DNA from: an uncultured delta proteobacterium | Lineage (GTDB): Bacteria; Desulfobacterota; Binatia; UBA9968 | Length of the DNA: 64,000 nucleotides | Assembly: GCA_963760795.1 (NCBI GenBank) | Contig: CAVXEP010000034.1 | Coordinates: 47,557 to 111,556 of the forward strand | Direction: 5' to 3' | Part shown: piece after piece, positions 40,706-49,429 of the stretch | Layout: every line of letters begins with the position of its first letter | Numbering within the stretch: the first letter of the stretch is position 1 | Made by a program: the position numbers and the translations under genes | Notes under the pieces: generated by a model | The model's input: only the letters and a program-made list of their open reading frames with translations | Told to the model about the DNA's origin: nothing | The model's database searches: none

Positions 40706-41113
40706 AGCCGCCCAAGAACTTCGAACGCTACCCGGCGGAACTCGTGTTTCAATGTATCGAGCGACAGCTCCCAGTTCCGGAAACTGCGACCTCCCGAGCG
40801 TGAGGTGCGCAGAGCCACGGTAAACGGCGATGCCAGGGATTGTTCCCGTGCCACTCAGATGTGCCTCTGTGATTTCTGTCCAGATCCACTGCTGCCTCCC
40901 CCGAATCGTTATGAACGAGACGCCCTCATCAGAAATCCGAACCATCGACTGAAAAATACTAGTGACGATAACCCAGCAAGCGAACAGTACGAGCATGGCC
41001 GCGAAGACACCGAGGCCGTCACTTATTAGAAGGGTTAGCCCAAGAGCACCGGCCACGGCGCCGACTACGCATGCCACGATAGGTGATCGAGTTCGAAACT
41101 CATTCATTGTCAT
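40700..41113 (-). CDS. Cassette-encoded membrane protein (2 TM plus PH-like domain)
   Basis: Two hydrophobic helices, then VRISDEGVSF...QWIWTEI; stop overlaps the attC core. Confidence 0.7.
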   Translation of the reverse strand: MTMNEFRTRSPIVACVVGAVAGALGLTLLISDGLGVFAAMLVLFACWVIVTSIFQSMVRISDEGVSFITIRGRQQWIWTEITEAHLSGTGTIPGIAVYRGSAHLTLGRSQFPELGAVARYIETRVPPGSVRSSWAAG

Positions 41114-41135
41114 CGGATAGGGCAATTGTCAGCCT

Positions 41136-41192
41136 GGCTAACGCTGTGCCGCTGAGCGATCTTATCAGATTCGCTCAAGCGGCGGGTTATCT
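41136..41192 (-). mobile_element. attC site of the vapBC cassette
   Basis: AGATAACCCGCCGCTTGAGCGAATCTGATAAGATCGCTCAGCGGCACAGCGTTAGCC (57 bp, extrahelical base in L box). Confidence 0.9.
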
Positions 41193-41204
41193 CGATGGGA
41201 ACGT

Positions 41205-41561
41205 TCACGCAAGGACGTTCAAAGTAGCCGCTGCTCTCCGGAACGGCTTGTCCAACGTCCAAATTGCGCACCTTGTGAGCAACGTCGAAGCGAGAAGATG
41301 AGCATCCACCCAACCGATACCCCGCCCGTATAAACGCTGCGCTTCTATGAACCTCATGATTTCCTCATGTTCCAGCAAATGAGCCTCGGGCAAGGCTTTC
41401 AACATGCTCAAAATCTCGACCCGTTTGTGTAACGTTCCGCAAGCCAATTCACCTATAACGAACGGATGGCAAAGAACTTGTTCGTCAAGTAGCAGACCTC
41501 TTAGACGATCACTTCCCGCTCGGAAATGCTCGACCCAGACCGAGGTGTCAACGAGAATCAT
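41205..41561 (-). CDS. vapC: VapC PIN-domain toxin
   Basis: ILVDTSVW, HPFVIGELACG, GIGWVDAHLL, WTLD. Confidence 0.92.
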   Translation of the reverse strand: MILVDTSVWVEHFRAGSDRLRGLLLDEQVLCHPFVIGELACGTLHKRVEILSMLKALPEAHLLEHEEIMRFIEAQRLYGRGIGWVDAHLLASTLLTRCAIWTLDKPFRRAAATLNVLA

Positions 41562-41764
41562 GCAAAGCGGCGGGGACGACGTCTCCGAATACTGCGAAGC
41601 CGCTTCTCCGTACCCCCGAGATTGGCTAAACGGCGGGCACTCTCTTTGGCAATGAGAGCCTCAAGCCCCAAGCGTACCAAGGAAGTCTTTTCCTCGACTC
41701 CAGTCAGCTTGGCAGCGTCCCTTAAAAGAGAATCATCAATGTTGAGCGTTGTTCTCATATGCAT
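41558..41764 (-). CDS. vapB: VapB antitoxin
   Basis: MRTTLNIDD.LL..A..LTG..EKT.LV..GLEALI; ATGA overlap with vapC. Confidence 0.9.
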   Translation of the reverse strand: MHMRTTLNIDDSLLRDAAKLTGVEEKTSLVRLGLEALIAKESARRLANLGGTEKRLRSIRRRRPRRFA

Positions 41765-41796
41765 ATTAGGATGCCCGAATCATGCATACGGGTCAA
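41759..41796 (-). promoter_or_regulatory. Cassette-internal vapBC promoter with ATGCAT palindromes
   Basis: TTGACC-17 nt-CATCCT directly before the start; two ATGCAT sites as possible operators. Confidence 0.45.
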
Positions 41797-41805
41797 GTGT
41801 GGAAG

Positions 41806-41950
41806 AGATAACTATTGAGTGAACTGATCTCGTATATTGGATATCCAACAATCATCAATTCGAAATTTACTCCTGCAATCAACAGGTTGTCAATTGTCAC
41901 TGCCGCTCGTATAGCCAATATCGCTGGTCACGTATATTCAATATACGAGC
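41806..41950 (-). mobile_element. Probable attI site
   Basis: Core GTTATCT at 41812-41806 not preceded by an attC hairpin; AT-rich region with repeated CTCGTATA/CGTATATT motifs between the integrase stub and the first cassette. Confidence 0.6.
41864..41893 (-). promoter_or_regulatory. Candidate cassette promoter Pc
   Basis: TTGACA-18 nt-TAAATT pointing into the array. Confidence 0.55.
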
Positions 41951-41969
41951 ACTGCGGACCCGTTGCTTG

Positions 41970-42068
41970 CAGTCCGTCGGCCTGAGTACGCACGTCCTAG
42001 CCGCCACGATTTAGCGTATGCGCGTAGATCATCGTCGTGCCAACACCGCGCTGCACAGTTAGTTCCGG
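41970..42068 (-). pseudogene. intI: Decayed 3' end of an integron integrase
   Basis: PELTVQRGVGTTMIYAHTLNRGG*DVRTQADGL aligns by eye with the IntI C-terminus QELLGH.DV.TTMIYTHVLNRGG.GV.SP.D.L. Confidence 0.75.
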
Positions 42069-42155
42069 GGCAGAGACGAAGGCGATTCTTCTAACTAGAA
42101 TCGGCTCCATTGTGATACTTGACAACACAGCGAATTTGAGGAGAGTTTCTATCCC

Positions 42156-42749
42156 ATGAGTAATTTGAACGGGCGAATCTGTGTGTTCACTGGTTCCCGC
42201 CATGGGCTTCGTCCGGAATATGCCGCCGTCGCCAAGCAACTCGGCCGCGAACTGGTCGCGCGCGGCTACGGCCTTGTCTATGGCGGCGGCAAAGTCGGTT
42301 TGATGACGGTGATCGCGGACATGGTTCTGGAATTGAAAGGACATGTCACCGGTGTGATTCCCAATTCGTTGGTTGGCAAAGAAGTTGCGCACTTGGGCTT
42401 GACCGCTTTGCGCGTGGTCGATTCGATGCACGAGCGTAAGGCGCTGATGGCGGAGTTATCCGACGGTTTTATCGCCATGCCGGGCGGTATCGGCACCATG
42501 GAAGAGTTGTTCGAGGTTCTTAGTTGGGCGCAGTTGGGGTTGCATGAGAAGCCCTGCGCATTGTTGAATGTCGCGGGATACTACGATCCGCTGATTCAGT
42601 TTCTCGATCGTGCTGTCGAGCAGGATTTTATTAAGGCGAAGCATCGCGCGTTGCTGATTGTGGAAAGCGACCCGGGCGCGTTGCTCGATGGATTTGCCAA
42701 ACTGATTGTGGTTCATGCGGCGAAAATATTCGACGCGAAGGTGACCTAG
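42156..42749 (+). CDS. LOG family nucleotide phosphoribohydrolase (TIGR00730)
   Basis: LVYGGGKVGLM, MHERK, PGGIGTMEE. Confidence 0.93.
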   Translation: MSNLNGRICVFTGSRHGLRPEYAAVAKQLGRELVARGYGLVYGGGKVGLMTVIADMVLELKGHVTGVIPNSLVGKEVAHLGLTALRVVDSMHERKALMAELSDGFIAMPGGIGTMEELFEVLSWAQLGLHEKPCALLNVAGYYDPLIQFLDRAVEQDFIKAKHRALLIVESDPGALLDGFAKLIVVHAAKIFDAKVT

Positions 42750-42790
42750 CGCACTAAGAAATCGCAGCGGTCGCAGGACAGGGAGGAATC

Positions 42791-43810
42791 ATGTCATTTT
42801 TCCTTTGTTTGGCCCTCTTGTTTGGTTTCGGTGTTCCTTGGCCATTTGTCACTGAGGCCGGCGCACAAACCGCGGCGTCGTCCGCCGCATTGATCGAGGC
42901 CGCTAAAAAAGAAGGCCAGGTGGTTTTCTACACACCGCTCAACATCAACGACTCCCGGCCGCTGTTGCAACGCTTCGAGCAGAAATATCCGTTTATCAAA
43001 ACCGATCTATTGCGCATGAGCGCCGAGCCGCTGCTCAACCGCATTGTCACCGAAGACCGCGCCGGGCGGAACGTCGTCGACGTGATCAACAATACCGTGA
43101 TCACCGCCTTGAAGAAGGCGCGTTTGCTGCAGCCCTATCGTTCGCCCGAGTTCCCCGCGTACCTCGATCAGTTCAAAGATCCCGAGGGCTCTTGGGCCTC
43201 GCTCAACAACAATTACTACGTGCTTGGCTACAACACCAAGCTGGTGAGTGCCAAGGAAGCACCGACGGACTGGCAGGATCTGCTGCATCCCAAGTGGCGC
43301 GGTAAAATCGGCATGGACCAGGAAGAATTTGAATGGTTCGCCGCTACCACGGATGTTTGGGGACGGGAGCGCGCGGGCAAATATCATCGCGCCCTGGCGC
43401 AGCAACAGATCAACTGGCGCAAGGGACACACTTTGATCTCCCAGCTGATCGCCGCCGGCGAATTTCCCATTGGCGTCGTTTACGCGCATCGCATCGAGTC
43501 GATGAAGAAAGCCGGCGCGCCCATCGAGTGGGTCAAGACGGTGAATCCAGTGTTCGTATCACTTGCGCCGGTGGCATTGGCAGCAAAAGCGCCCCATCCC
43601 AACGCGGCGCGTCTGCTGCTCGATTTCTTACTCTCGAAAGATTCCCAGCAGTTTTTGCGCAACTCCAATCGCATTTCCGGACGCGCCGACGTCGAGCCGC
43701 TGGTGCCGGAAATGCATCATAGCAAACTGAAACTGACCGCCATCGATCCGCAGATCGCCGAGGATTTGAATCGCCACGCCAGCGAGTTCCGCGAGATTTA
43801 TTTTCGCTAG
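42791..43810 (+). CDS. Extracellular solute-binding protein (Fe3+/polyamine-type)
   Basis: AAKKEGQVVFY, YNTKLV, DLLHPKWRGK, APHPNAARL. Confidence 0.87.
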   Translation: MSFFLCLALLFGFGVPWPFVTEAGAQTAASSAALIEAAKKEGQVVFYTPLNINDSRPLLQRFEQKYPFIKTDLLRMSAEPLLNRIVTEDRAGRNVVDVINNTVITALKKARLLQPYRSPEFPAYLDQFKDPEGSWASLNNNYYVLGYNTKLVSAKEAPTDWQDLLHPKWRGKIGMDQEEFEWFAATTDVWGRERAGKYHRALAQQQINWRKGHTLISQLIAAGEFPIGVVYAHRIESMKKAGAPIEWVKTVNPVFVSLAPVALAAKAPHPNAARLLLDFLLSKDSQQFLRNSNRISGRADVEPLVPEMHHSKLKLTAIDPQIAEDLNRHASEFREIYFR

Positions 43811-43837
43811 TCCGCATAGCTCGGATTCGGAAATTTC

Positions 43838-43947
43838 TCTCGCAAAGGCGCAAAGACGCTAAGTTCGGAGGGGAGTTATAGAGCGTTCTTGCGAACGCTC
43901 CACAACCGTGTTTTCCGAACTTTGTGGCCCCGGCGTTTTTGCGGGAG
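43838..43947. repeat. Intergenic palindromic repeat (CGCAAAG variant)
   Basis: TCTCGCAAAGGCGCAAAGACGC...GCGTTTTTGCGGGAGA; half copies near 8440 and 13060. Confidence 0.55.
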
Positions 43948-44051
43948 ACACTCCGAAATTTCGCTGCTAATTGCTGTGCAAGCGCTACCGTTTTACTTGC
44001 GATTTCTGCTATTCAGATGAGATACATGAAGAGAAGGAGCGGCTTATTTGA

Positions 44052-44555
44052 ATGGACTCGCATGCAAGGGTTTTGACCAATCTTGAGCGCCGAACTCTCG
44101 AAGCGATCGCCGAGCGGATTTTTCCCAAGACCGAGAGTCCCGGCGCGATCGAAATCGGCGCGGTGGATTATATCGAGATCGCCTTGGCCGGCGATTACGC
44201 GCCGTTGTTGCCGCTCTATCGCGCCGGTGTGAAATCGCTCAACCGCCACGCCAAGACGAAGTGCGCTGGACAGTTCGCCCGCCTCGACGAGAAACAGCAG
44301 GATGAGGTTCTCAAAGACTGCGAATCCGGCGCGGTGGCGGGATTCAAAAAAGCCGCGGAGTTTTTCGACATGGTCAAATATCATGTCTTCGAGGGACTGT
44401 TCTGCGAGCCGCACTATGGCGGCAATAAAAACATGGACGGTTGGCGGGCGGTGGGATTTCCCGGCCAACAGTGGGGTTACCCAGATCCCTATGTCAATAA
44501 GCCGGTCGACATCGCGCCGGTGGCGGTGGACTACACCAAGGCGGAGATGAAATAA
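44052..44555 (+). CDS. Gluconate 2-dehydrogenase subunit 3 family protein
   Basis: AERIFP...PGA, EGLFCEPHYGGN...GWRAVGFPG. Confidence 0.88.
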   Translation: MDSHARVLTNLERRTLEAIAERIFPKTESPGAIEIGAVDYIEIALAGDYAPLLPLYRAGVKSLNRHAKTKCAGQFARLDEKQQDEVLKDCESGAVAGFKKAAEFFDMVKYHVFEGLFCEPHYGGNKNMDGWRAVGFPGQQWGYPDPYVNKPVDIAPVAVDYTKAEMK

Positions 44556-44556
44556 C

Positions 44557-46258
44557 ATGGCGGATTCCATCGCGGATGTTTGTATTGTCGGGGTCGGCGG
44601 CATGGGCGGTATCATGGCCAAGGAGTTGGCCTCCGCCGGTTTGAAAGTGGTCGGTTTCGAGCGCGGTCCGGCGCCGAAAAAAGAAGACTACGCGCCGCGC
44701 GACTCGATCCGTTTTCTCATCCGTCCCGAGCAGCTCGAATGGGTGCGTCATGAGCCGACGACGACGCGGAAAAAGGCCGGACAGAAAACCAACTTGCAGT
44801 ATCGCACGAGTCCCTTGAACGTGTTGGGCGGCGCTTTGCTGCATTGGACCGGACAGTCGTCGCGCTACATGCCCGGCGACTTCAAGATTTACAGCAATGA
44901 AATCGCCAGCGGCGGCGCCGAGCGCGCCAAGGCGGATCTCACCGGCTACGATATCATCGATTGGCCGCTCAGCTATGACGATCTCGAACCGTATTACGAA
45001 AAGTTCGAATGGGAGTTCGGTGTCTCGGGGCAGGCCGGGCTCAATCCCTTTGCCGGGCCGCGCCAGCGCGGTTTCCCGCTGCCGCCGCTGCGCCATAGCG
45101 GCAAGATGCAGCTGTTCGCCGAGGCGTGCAGAAAACTCGGCTATCATCCCTACGACACGGCCGCCGGCATCGCGTCGCAGCCCTACAAGCCGGCGGCGCC
45201 CTTCGACACGCGCATCGATGAGCGGCCGGCCTGCGTTTACTGCGGCGCACTGCAACTTCTACGGCTGCCATGTGCACGCCAAATCGGCGTCGCTCTACAT
45301 CACGATTCCGGTGGCAGTGAAGACCGGCAACTTCGAGCTCAAGACCAATGCCAAAGTTTGCCGCATCAACAGCGACGCTAGCGGCCAAGTGACTGGAGTA
45401 AGTTACTTCGATGCCGATGGCCGCGAGCATGAGCAGCGAGCGCGGGTGGTGATCCTGAGCGCGTTTATCTTCGAGCATGCGCGTTTGCTGCTATTGTCGA
45501 AGACCGATTCGGGGAAATTCGCCAAAGGCTTGGCTAACTCTAGCGGTTATGTTGGCCGCAATATTCTTGCTCATGGCGATGTCCGGGCCATGGGCGCCTT
45601 CGACGATTTTATTATCAATGGCTACATCGGCCCGGGCTCGGCGGCCATGCGCATCGACGATTTCAACGGCAATAACTTCGATCACACCGGCCTGGGCTTT
45701 ATTCGCGGCGGCACCATCGGCACCAGCGGCGATGGCACGCCGGTGACGCGGGTCGACGTCTTGCCGCCGGATGTGCCGACCTGGGGCAGGGAGTTCAAGG
45801 AGTTTTACCAACGCTATTACAACCGGATCATGGATCTGAATATGCAACCGGAGACCTTGCCGCACAAAGCCAACCGCATCGATCTCGATCCCCGCGCGCG
45901 CGACCGCTGGGGATTGCCGCTGCCCCGGGTGACCTTCGATTTCCATCAAAATGAACACCGGCTGCAAAAATACCTCGCCGGAGTGGGCGATCGCATCATG
46001 CGCGCCACCGGCGCGAGCAAAGTTTGGACGGAAGAAAAAGGCCGGCCCAACCGCTGGGCCGGCGGCACGCGCATGGGCGCCGACCCGAAAAATTCGGTCG
46101 TCAATCAATACTGCCAGACTCACGATATTGCGAATCTCTTCGTCGTCGGCGCCTCGGTGTTTCCAACCATGGCCGGTTATCCGCCGACTGCGACGGTGGC
46201 GGCGTTGAGTTATCGAACCTCGGAGTTTATCTTGCAGCAGAAAGATTGGTTCAAGTAG
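44557..46258 (+). CDS. GMC family oxidoreductase, gluconate 2-dehydrogenase flavoprotein-like (frameshift near 45247)
   Basis: VGVGGMGG, LGGALLHW, WPLSYDDLEPYY, CVYCGHC..YGC, GGTRMG, NLFVVGAS. Confidence 0.88.
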
Positions 46259-46347
46259 TATACGAGAAAAAAATCAAGTGATGGAATATTGGGCTTATGA
46301 ACCCAACACTCCAATACTCCATCAGTCCAGTCTTACAGGGAGGTCTT

Positions 46348-47370
46348 ATGAAACGCATTGTCATTTGCTTCGATGGGACGTGGAACAGGCCGGCGGAGGA
46401 ATCGATACCGGAAGCTCAGCAGGTGGAGACCAACGTGCGGCGTTTCTACGAATCGGTGCGCCCGCAGTCTGCGGATGGGGTCAAACAAGTCAAATGGTAT
46501 GACGAAGGAGTCGGCACCAAATGGTACGACCGGGTGATCGGCGGCGGTATCGGCGCCGGGTTGGAAATAAATATCGTCCAGGGCTACGAATTCTTGGCCA
46601 AGGAATACCAGGAAGGCGACGAGATTTATGTGCTCGGTTTTAGCCGCGGCGCGTACACGGCGCGCAGTTTAGTAGGCATGGTGCGCAACTGTGGTCTGAT
46701 TTACCCCAAGCATCTCGGACTTCGCGCCTTGATGGCTTACGGGATCTATCGCACGCGCGACGACAATGTCGATTCCGCGACGGCGAAGCTGTTTCGCTCG
46801 TCCTATTGCCGCGATGTGACGATCAAATTTATCGGGGTTTGGGATACCGTCGGGGCTCTCGGCGTGCCCCTCGACATTCTCAAAGATGTGCACATGAAGT
46901 TTTACGAATTCCACGATACCAATCTCAGCAATATCGTCGAAAATGGCTATCAGGCGATGGCGGTTGATGAGCATCGAAACGACTACGACGTCTGCCCATG
47001 GAGCCCGGCGGAGAAGCTGCAGCAAAATCTTGAGCAGCGCTGGTTCATCGGAGCGCACTGCGATGTTGGCGGGGGTTATCCTGACCGGCGCTTGTCCGAC
47101 TTGCCGCTGCGCTGGATGCAGGACAAGGCAAGCGCGCTTGGCTTGGCGCTCGACCCCGTCGCCATCGACGGCAAGAGTCATCTCGGCGCATCCACCGACT
47201 CCTATGCCAAGTTTCTCAAAGGCGTCTACGCCAAGCGCAATGCCCGGCACTACCGCGCCATCGGCGCAACCAAGTTCGGCAATGAAGTGGTCGACCCGTC
47301 GGTGCAGCAGCGTCGCAAAGACGACCGCGACTACGAGCCGCAAAATAACGGGTTGCCGAAGCTGGTGTGA
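46348..47370 (+). CDS. DUF2235 alpha/beta hydrolase (Tle1-like)
   Basis: CFDGTWN, TNV, GFSRGAYTAR, GVWDTVG, WFIGAHCDVGGG. Confidence 0.9.
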   Translation: MKRIVICFDGTWNRPAEESIPEAQQVETNVRRFYESVRPQSADGVKQVKWYDEGVGTKWYDRVIGGGIGAGLEINIVQGYEFLAKEYQEGDEIYVLGFSRGAYTARSLVGMVRNCGLIYPKHLGLRALMAYGIYRTRDDNVDSATAKLFRSSYCRDVTIKFIGVWDTVGALGVPLDILKDVHMKFYEFHDTNLSNIVENGYQAMAVDEHRNDYDVCPWSPAEKLQQNLEQRWFIGAHCDVGGGYPDRRLSDLPLRWMQDKASALGLALDPVAIDGKSHLGASTDSYAKFLKGVYAKRNARHYRAIGATKFGNEVVDPSVQQRRKDDRDYEPQNNGLPKLV

Positions 47371-47382
47371 TATACTCTGAGG

Positions 47383-48231
47383 ATGGGGATTGGGCTACGG
47401 CAGCTTTTTGTTTGCGCTTCGCTATTCGCGCTCGGCTTGGGCTTGTGGGCATTTTGGCTCGAGCCGGCGAGTCTTAGTAACGAAGACCATGAACTGACAC
47501 TGCCAGGATGGCCAAACAGCTGCGATGGCTTGCGTGTTGCAGTCTTGGCGGATCTGCATGTGGGCTCGCCGTTCAACGGCGTCGATAAGCTGGAGCAAAT
47601 TGTCGATCTAACGCTCAAGGCCAAACCCGAGCTGATTTTGCTCGCCGGCGATTACACGATCCATGGAGTGGTCGGCGGCAATGTCGTTGCGCCGGAAATC
47701 ATTGCCAAAGGGTTAAGCCGCTTGACCGCACCGTTAGGCGTTTACGCCGTGCTTGGTAATCATGATCATCGAGAAGGGGCCAGGCGGGTTCGCACGGCGC
47801 TGGAGTCCAACGGCATCAAGGTTCTCGACGACGATTCGATCCCGTTGAAATTGGCGGAATGCCGGATTTGGCTGGCCGGCTTGAGCGATTTATGGAACGG
47901 CAGGCGCGCATACCAAACGGCATTGGCGCTCATCCCACAGGACGCTCCCGCCATCGTATTCACGCATAATCCGGACAGCTTTCCGGTACTGCCGAAGCCA
48001 GTCACTCTGACCATTGCCGGGCACACCCATGGCGGCCAGGTTCGCGTGCCGTTGTTGGGGCGACTTATTGTGCCGTCGGATTATGGCGAGCGTTACGCCG
48101 TCGGCCACGTGGTGGAGAACGGACGGCATCTGTTCGTCAGTCCGGGACTCGGCACAAGTATTTTCCCCGTGCGGTTTTTAGTCCCGCCGGAAGTGTCGAT
48201 GTTGACGCTGCGCTCTGAGAAACATAAGTAA
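47383..48231 (+). CDS. Metallophosphoesterase (YkuE-like)
   Basis: DLH, GD, GNHD, HNPD, GHTHGGQ. Confidence 0.92.
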   Translation: MGIGLRQLFVCASLFALGLGLWAFWLEPASLSNEDHELTLPGWPNSCDGLRVAVLADLHVGSPFNGVDKLEQIVDLTLKAKPELILLAGDYTIHGVVGGNVVAPEIIAKGLSRLTAPLGVYAVLGNHDHREGARRVRTALESNGIKVLDDDSIPLKLAECRIWLAGLSDLWNGRRAYQTALALIPQDAPAIVFTHNPDSFPVLPKPVTLTIAGHTHGGQVRVPLLGRLIVPSDYGERYAVGHVVENGRHLFVSPGLGTSIFPVRFLVPPEVSMLTLRSEKHK

Positions 48232-48257
48232 GTGTCCAGCAGCTTAGAACCGGCTCA

Positions 48258-48920
48258 ATGACAACGTCACTCGATATTTTAGTCACCGGCGGTACCGGCT
48301 ACATCGGCCATCATTTGATCCCGCTGCTGATCGCGCGCGGCCATCGGGTGCGCGTGTTGGCGCGCGATCAATCACTGAACCGCGTGCCGAGCGGCGCGGC
48401 GGGAGTGAAGGGCGATGCGCTGAACGCCGATTCCGTGGCAAGCGCGCTGCGTCCGGGCGATAGCGTGATCCATCTCGTCGGCACGCCCCATCCGAGTCCG
48501 AGCAAAGCGGATCAGTTCGAGAAAGTCGATCTGGTATCGATCCGTTCGACGGTCAGCGCGGCGCAAAAGGTCGGCATCGCCCATCTGATTTATGTCAGCG
48601 TCGCCCAGCCGGCGCCGATCATGCAGGCTTATCTCTGGGTGCGTATGTTGGGAGAAACGATGATTCGCGAAGCCGGTCTGACGGCGAGCATCGTTCGGCC
48701 TTGGTATGTGCTGGGTCCCGGTCATTGGTGGCCGAAGTTCATCCAGCCGCTGTACAAACTCGCCGACATGATACCGTCGCTGCGGCCGACGGTGGAGCGC
48801 TTGGGATTGCTGAACATCGAACAGATGGTTACGGCGATGACGTTTGCCGTGGAAAATCCGCCGGCACAGGGGCAGCGGCGCATTTACGACGTGCCGGCGA
48901 TTCGCCGGGCACGTTTGTGA
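48258..48920 (+). CDS. NAD(P)-binding epimerase/atypical SDR
   Basis: VTGGTGYIG, HLVGTPHPSP, RPWYVLGPG. Confidence 0.85.
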   Translation: MTTSLDILVTGGTGYIGHHLIPLLIARGHRVRVLARDQSLNRVPSGAAGVKGDALNADSVASALRPGDSVIHLVGTPHPSPSKADQFEKVDLVSIRSTVSAAQKVGIAHLIYVSVAQPAPIMQAYLWVRMLGETMIREAGLTASIVRPWYVLGPGHWWPKFIQPLYKLADMIPSLRPTVERLGLLNIEQMVTAMTFAVENPPAQGQRRIYDVPAIRRARL

Positions 48921-48978
48921 ATGATACTGATGTACCAGTCATATTCTCGATCAACAATTTGGCGCATCGATTCAAACT

Positions 48979-49066
48979 CCTCCCTTTAGAAACGGGGGTG
49001 GCGAATTTTCTTGTGCGTGCAGAACTCAAATCCCCCTCTGTCCCCCTTTTTTCAAAGGGGGAATTT
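48979..49066. repeat. REP-like palindrome (CCCCCTTT..AAAGGGGG type)
   Basis: TCCCCCTCTGTCCCCCTTTTTTCAAAGGGGGAA; related CTAACCTTCTCCC..GGGAGAAGG element at 11361-11399. Confidence 0.55.
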
Positions 49067-49108
49067 CGGATCCTTTGCCTAAGCTTATTTTTTGGTTAGG
49101 AAACTACC

Positions 49109-49423
49109 GTGGAGATTAAAAATTTATTCGCTAATCTCTCGAGCGCGCAGAGCGGCGAAGAATTTCTGACGCTTTTCGACAACGCCAACGTCAAGATCGA
49201 ACGCATCGTTTCTCATGCCCACGCGAGCCCCGCGGGTTTCTGGTACGATCAGGACGAAGACGAGTGGCTCGTGGTCTTAAGCGGCGGGGCGACTTTAGAA
49301 TTCGCCGGCGGCGAGCAAGTGGAGCTGAAAGCAGGCGATTATCTAACGATTGGCCGCCATGTACAGCATCGCATCGCCCGAACTAGTGAAAAGACGGTCT
49401 GGCTGGCGGTTCATCTAAGATGA
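49109..49423 (+). CDS. Cupin domain protein
   Basis: IERIVS..H.SP.GFWYDQ..DEW, HVQHRI, TVWLAVH. Confidence 0.85.
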   Translation: MEIKNLFANLSSAQSGEEFLTLFDNANVKIERIVSHAHASPAGFWYDQDEDEWLVVLSGGATLEFAGGEQVELKAGDYLTIGRHVQHRIARTSEKTVWLAVHLR

Positions 49424-49429
49424 ACCGCC

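Larger units (their letters stand above)
38590..41812 (-). mobile_element. Integron cassette array (4 cassettes)
   Basis: Four attC sites, each right after a minus-strand gene; each cassette's 5' GTT core is the reverse complement of its own 3' AAC core. Confidence 0.9.

Noticed and set aside
41997-42431. 144-aa minus-strand ORF as a real gene
   Set aside because: Mostly antisense to the LOG gene; only the last ~25 codons are meaningful (integrase stub).
46348-47370. Type VI secretion effector locus (Tle1)
   Set aside because: No vgrG, PAAR or immunity gene is adjacent; DUF2235 also occurs as a stand-alone hydrolase.
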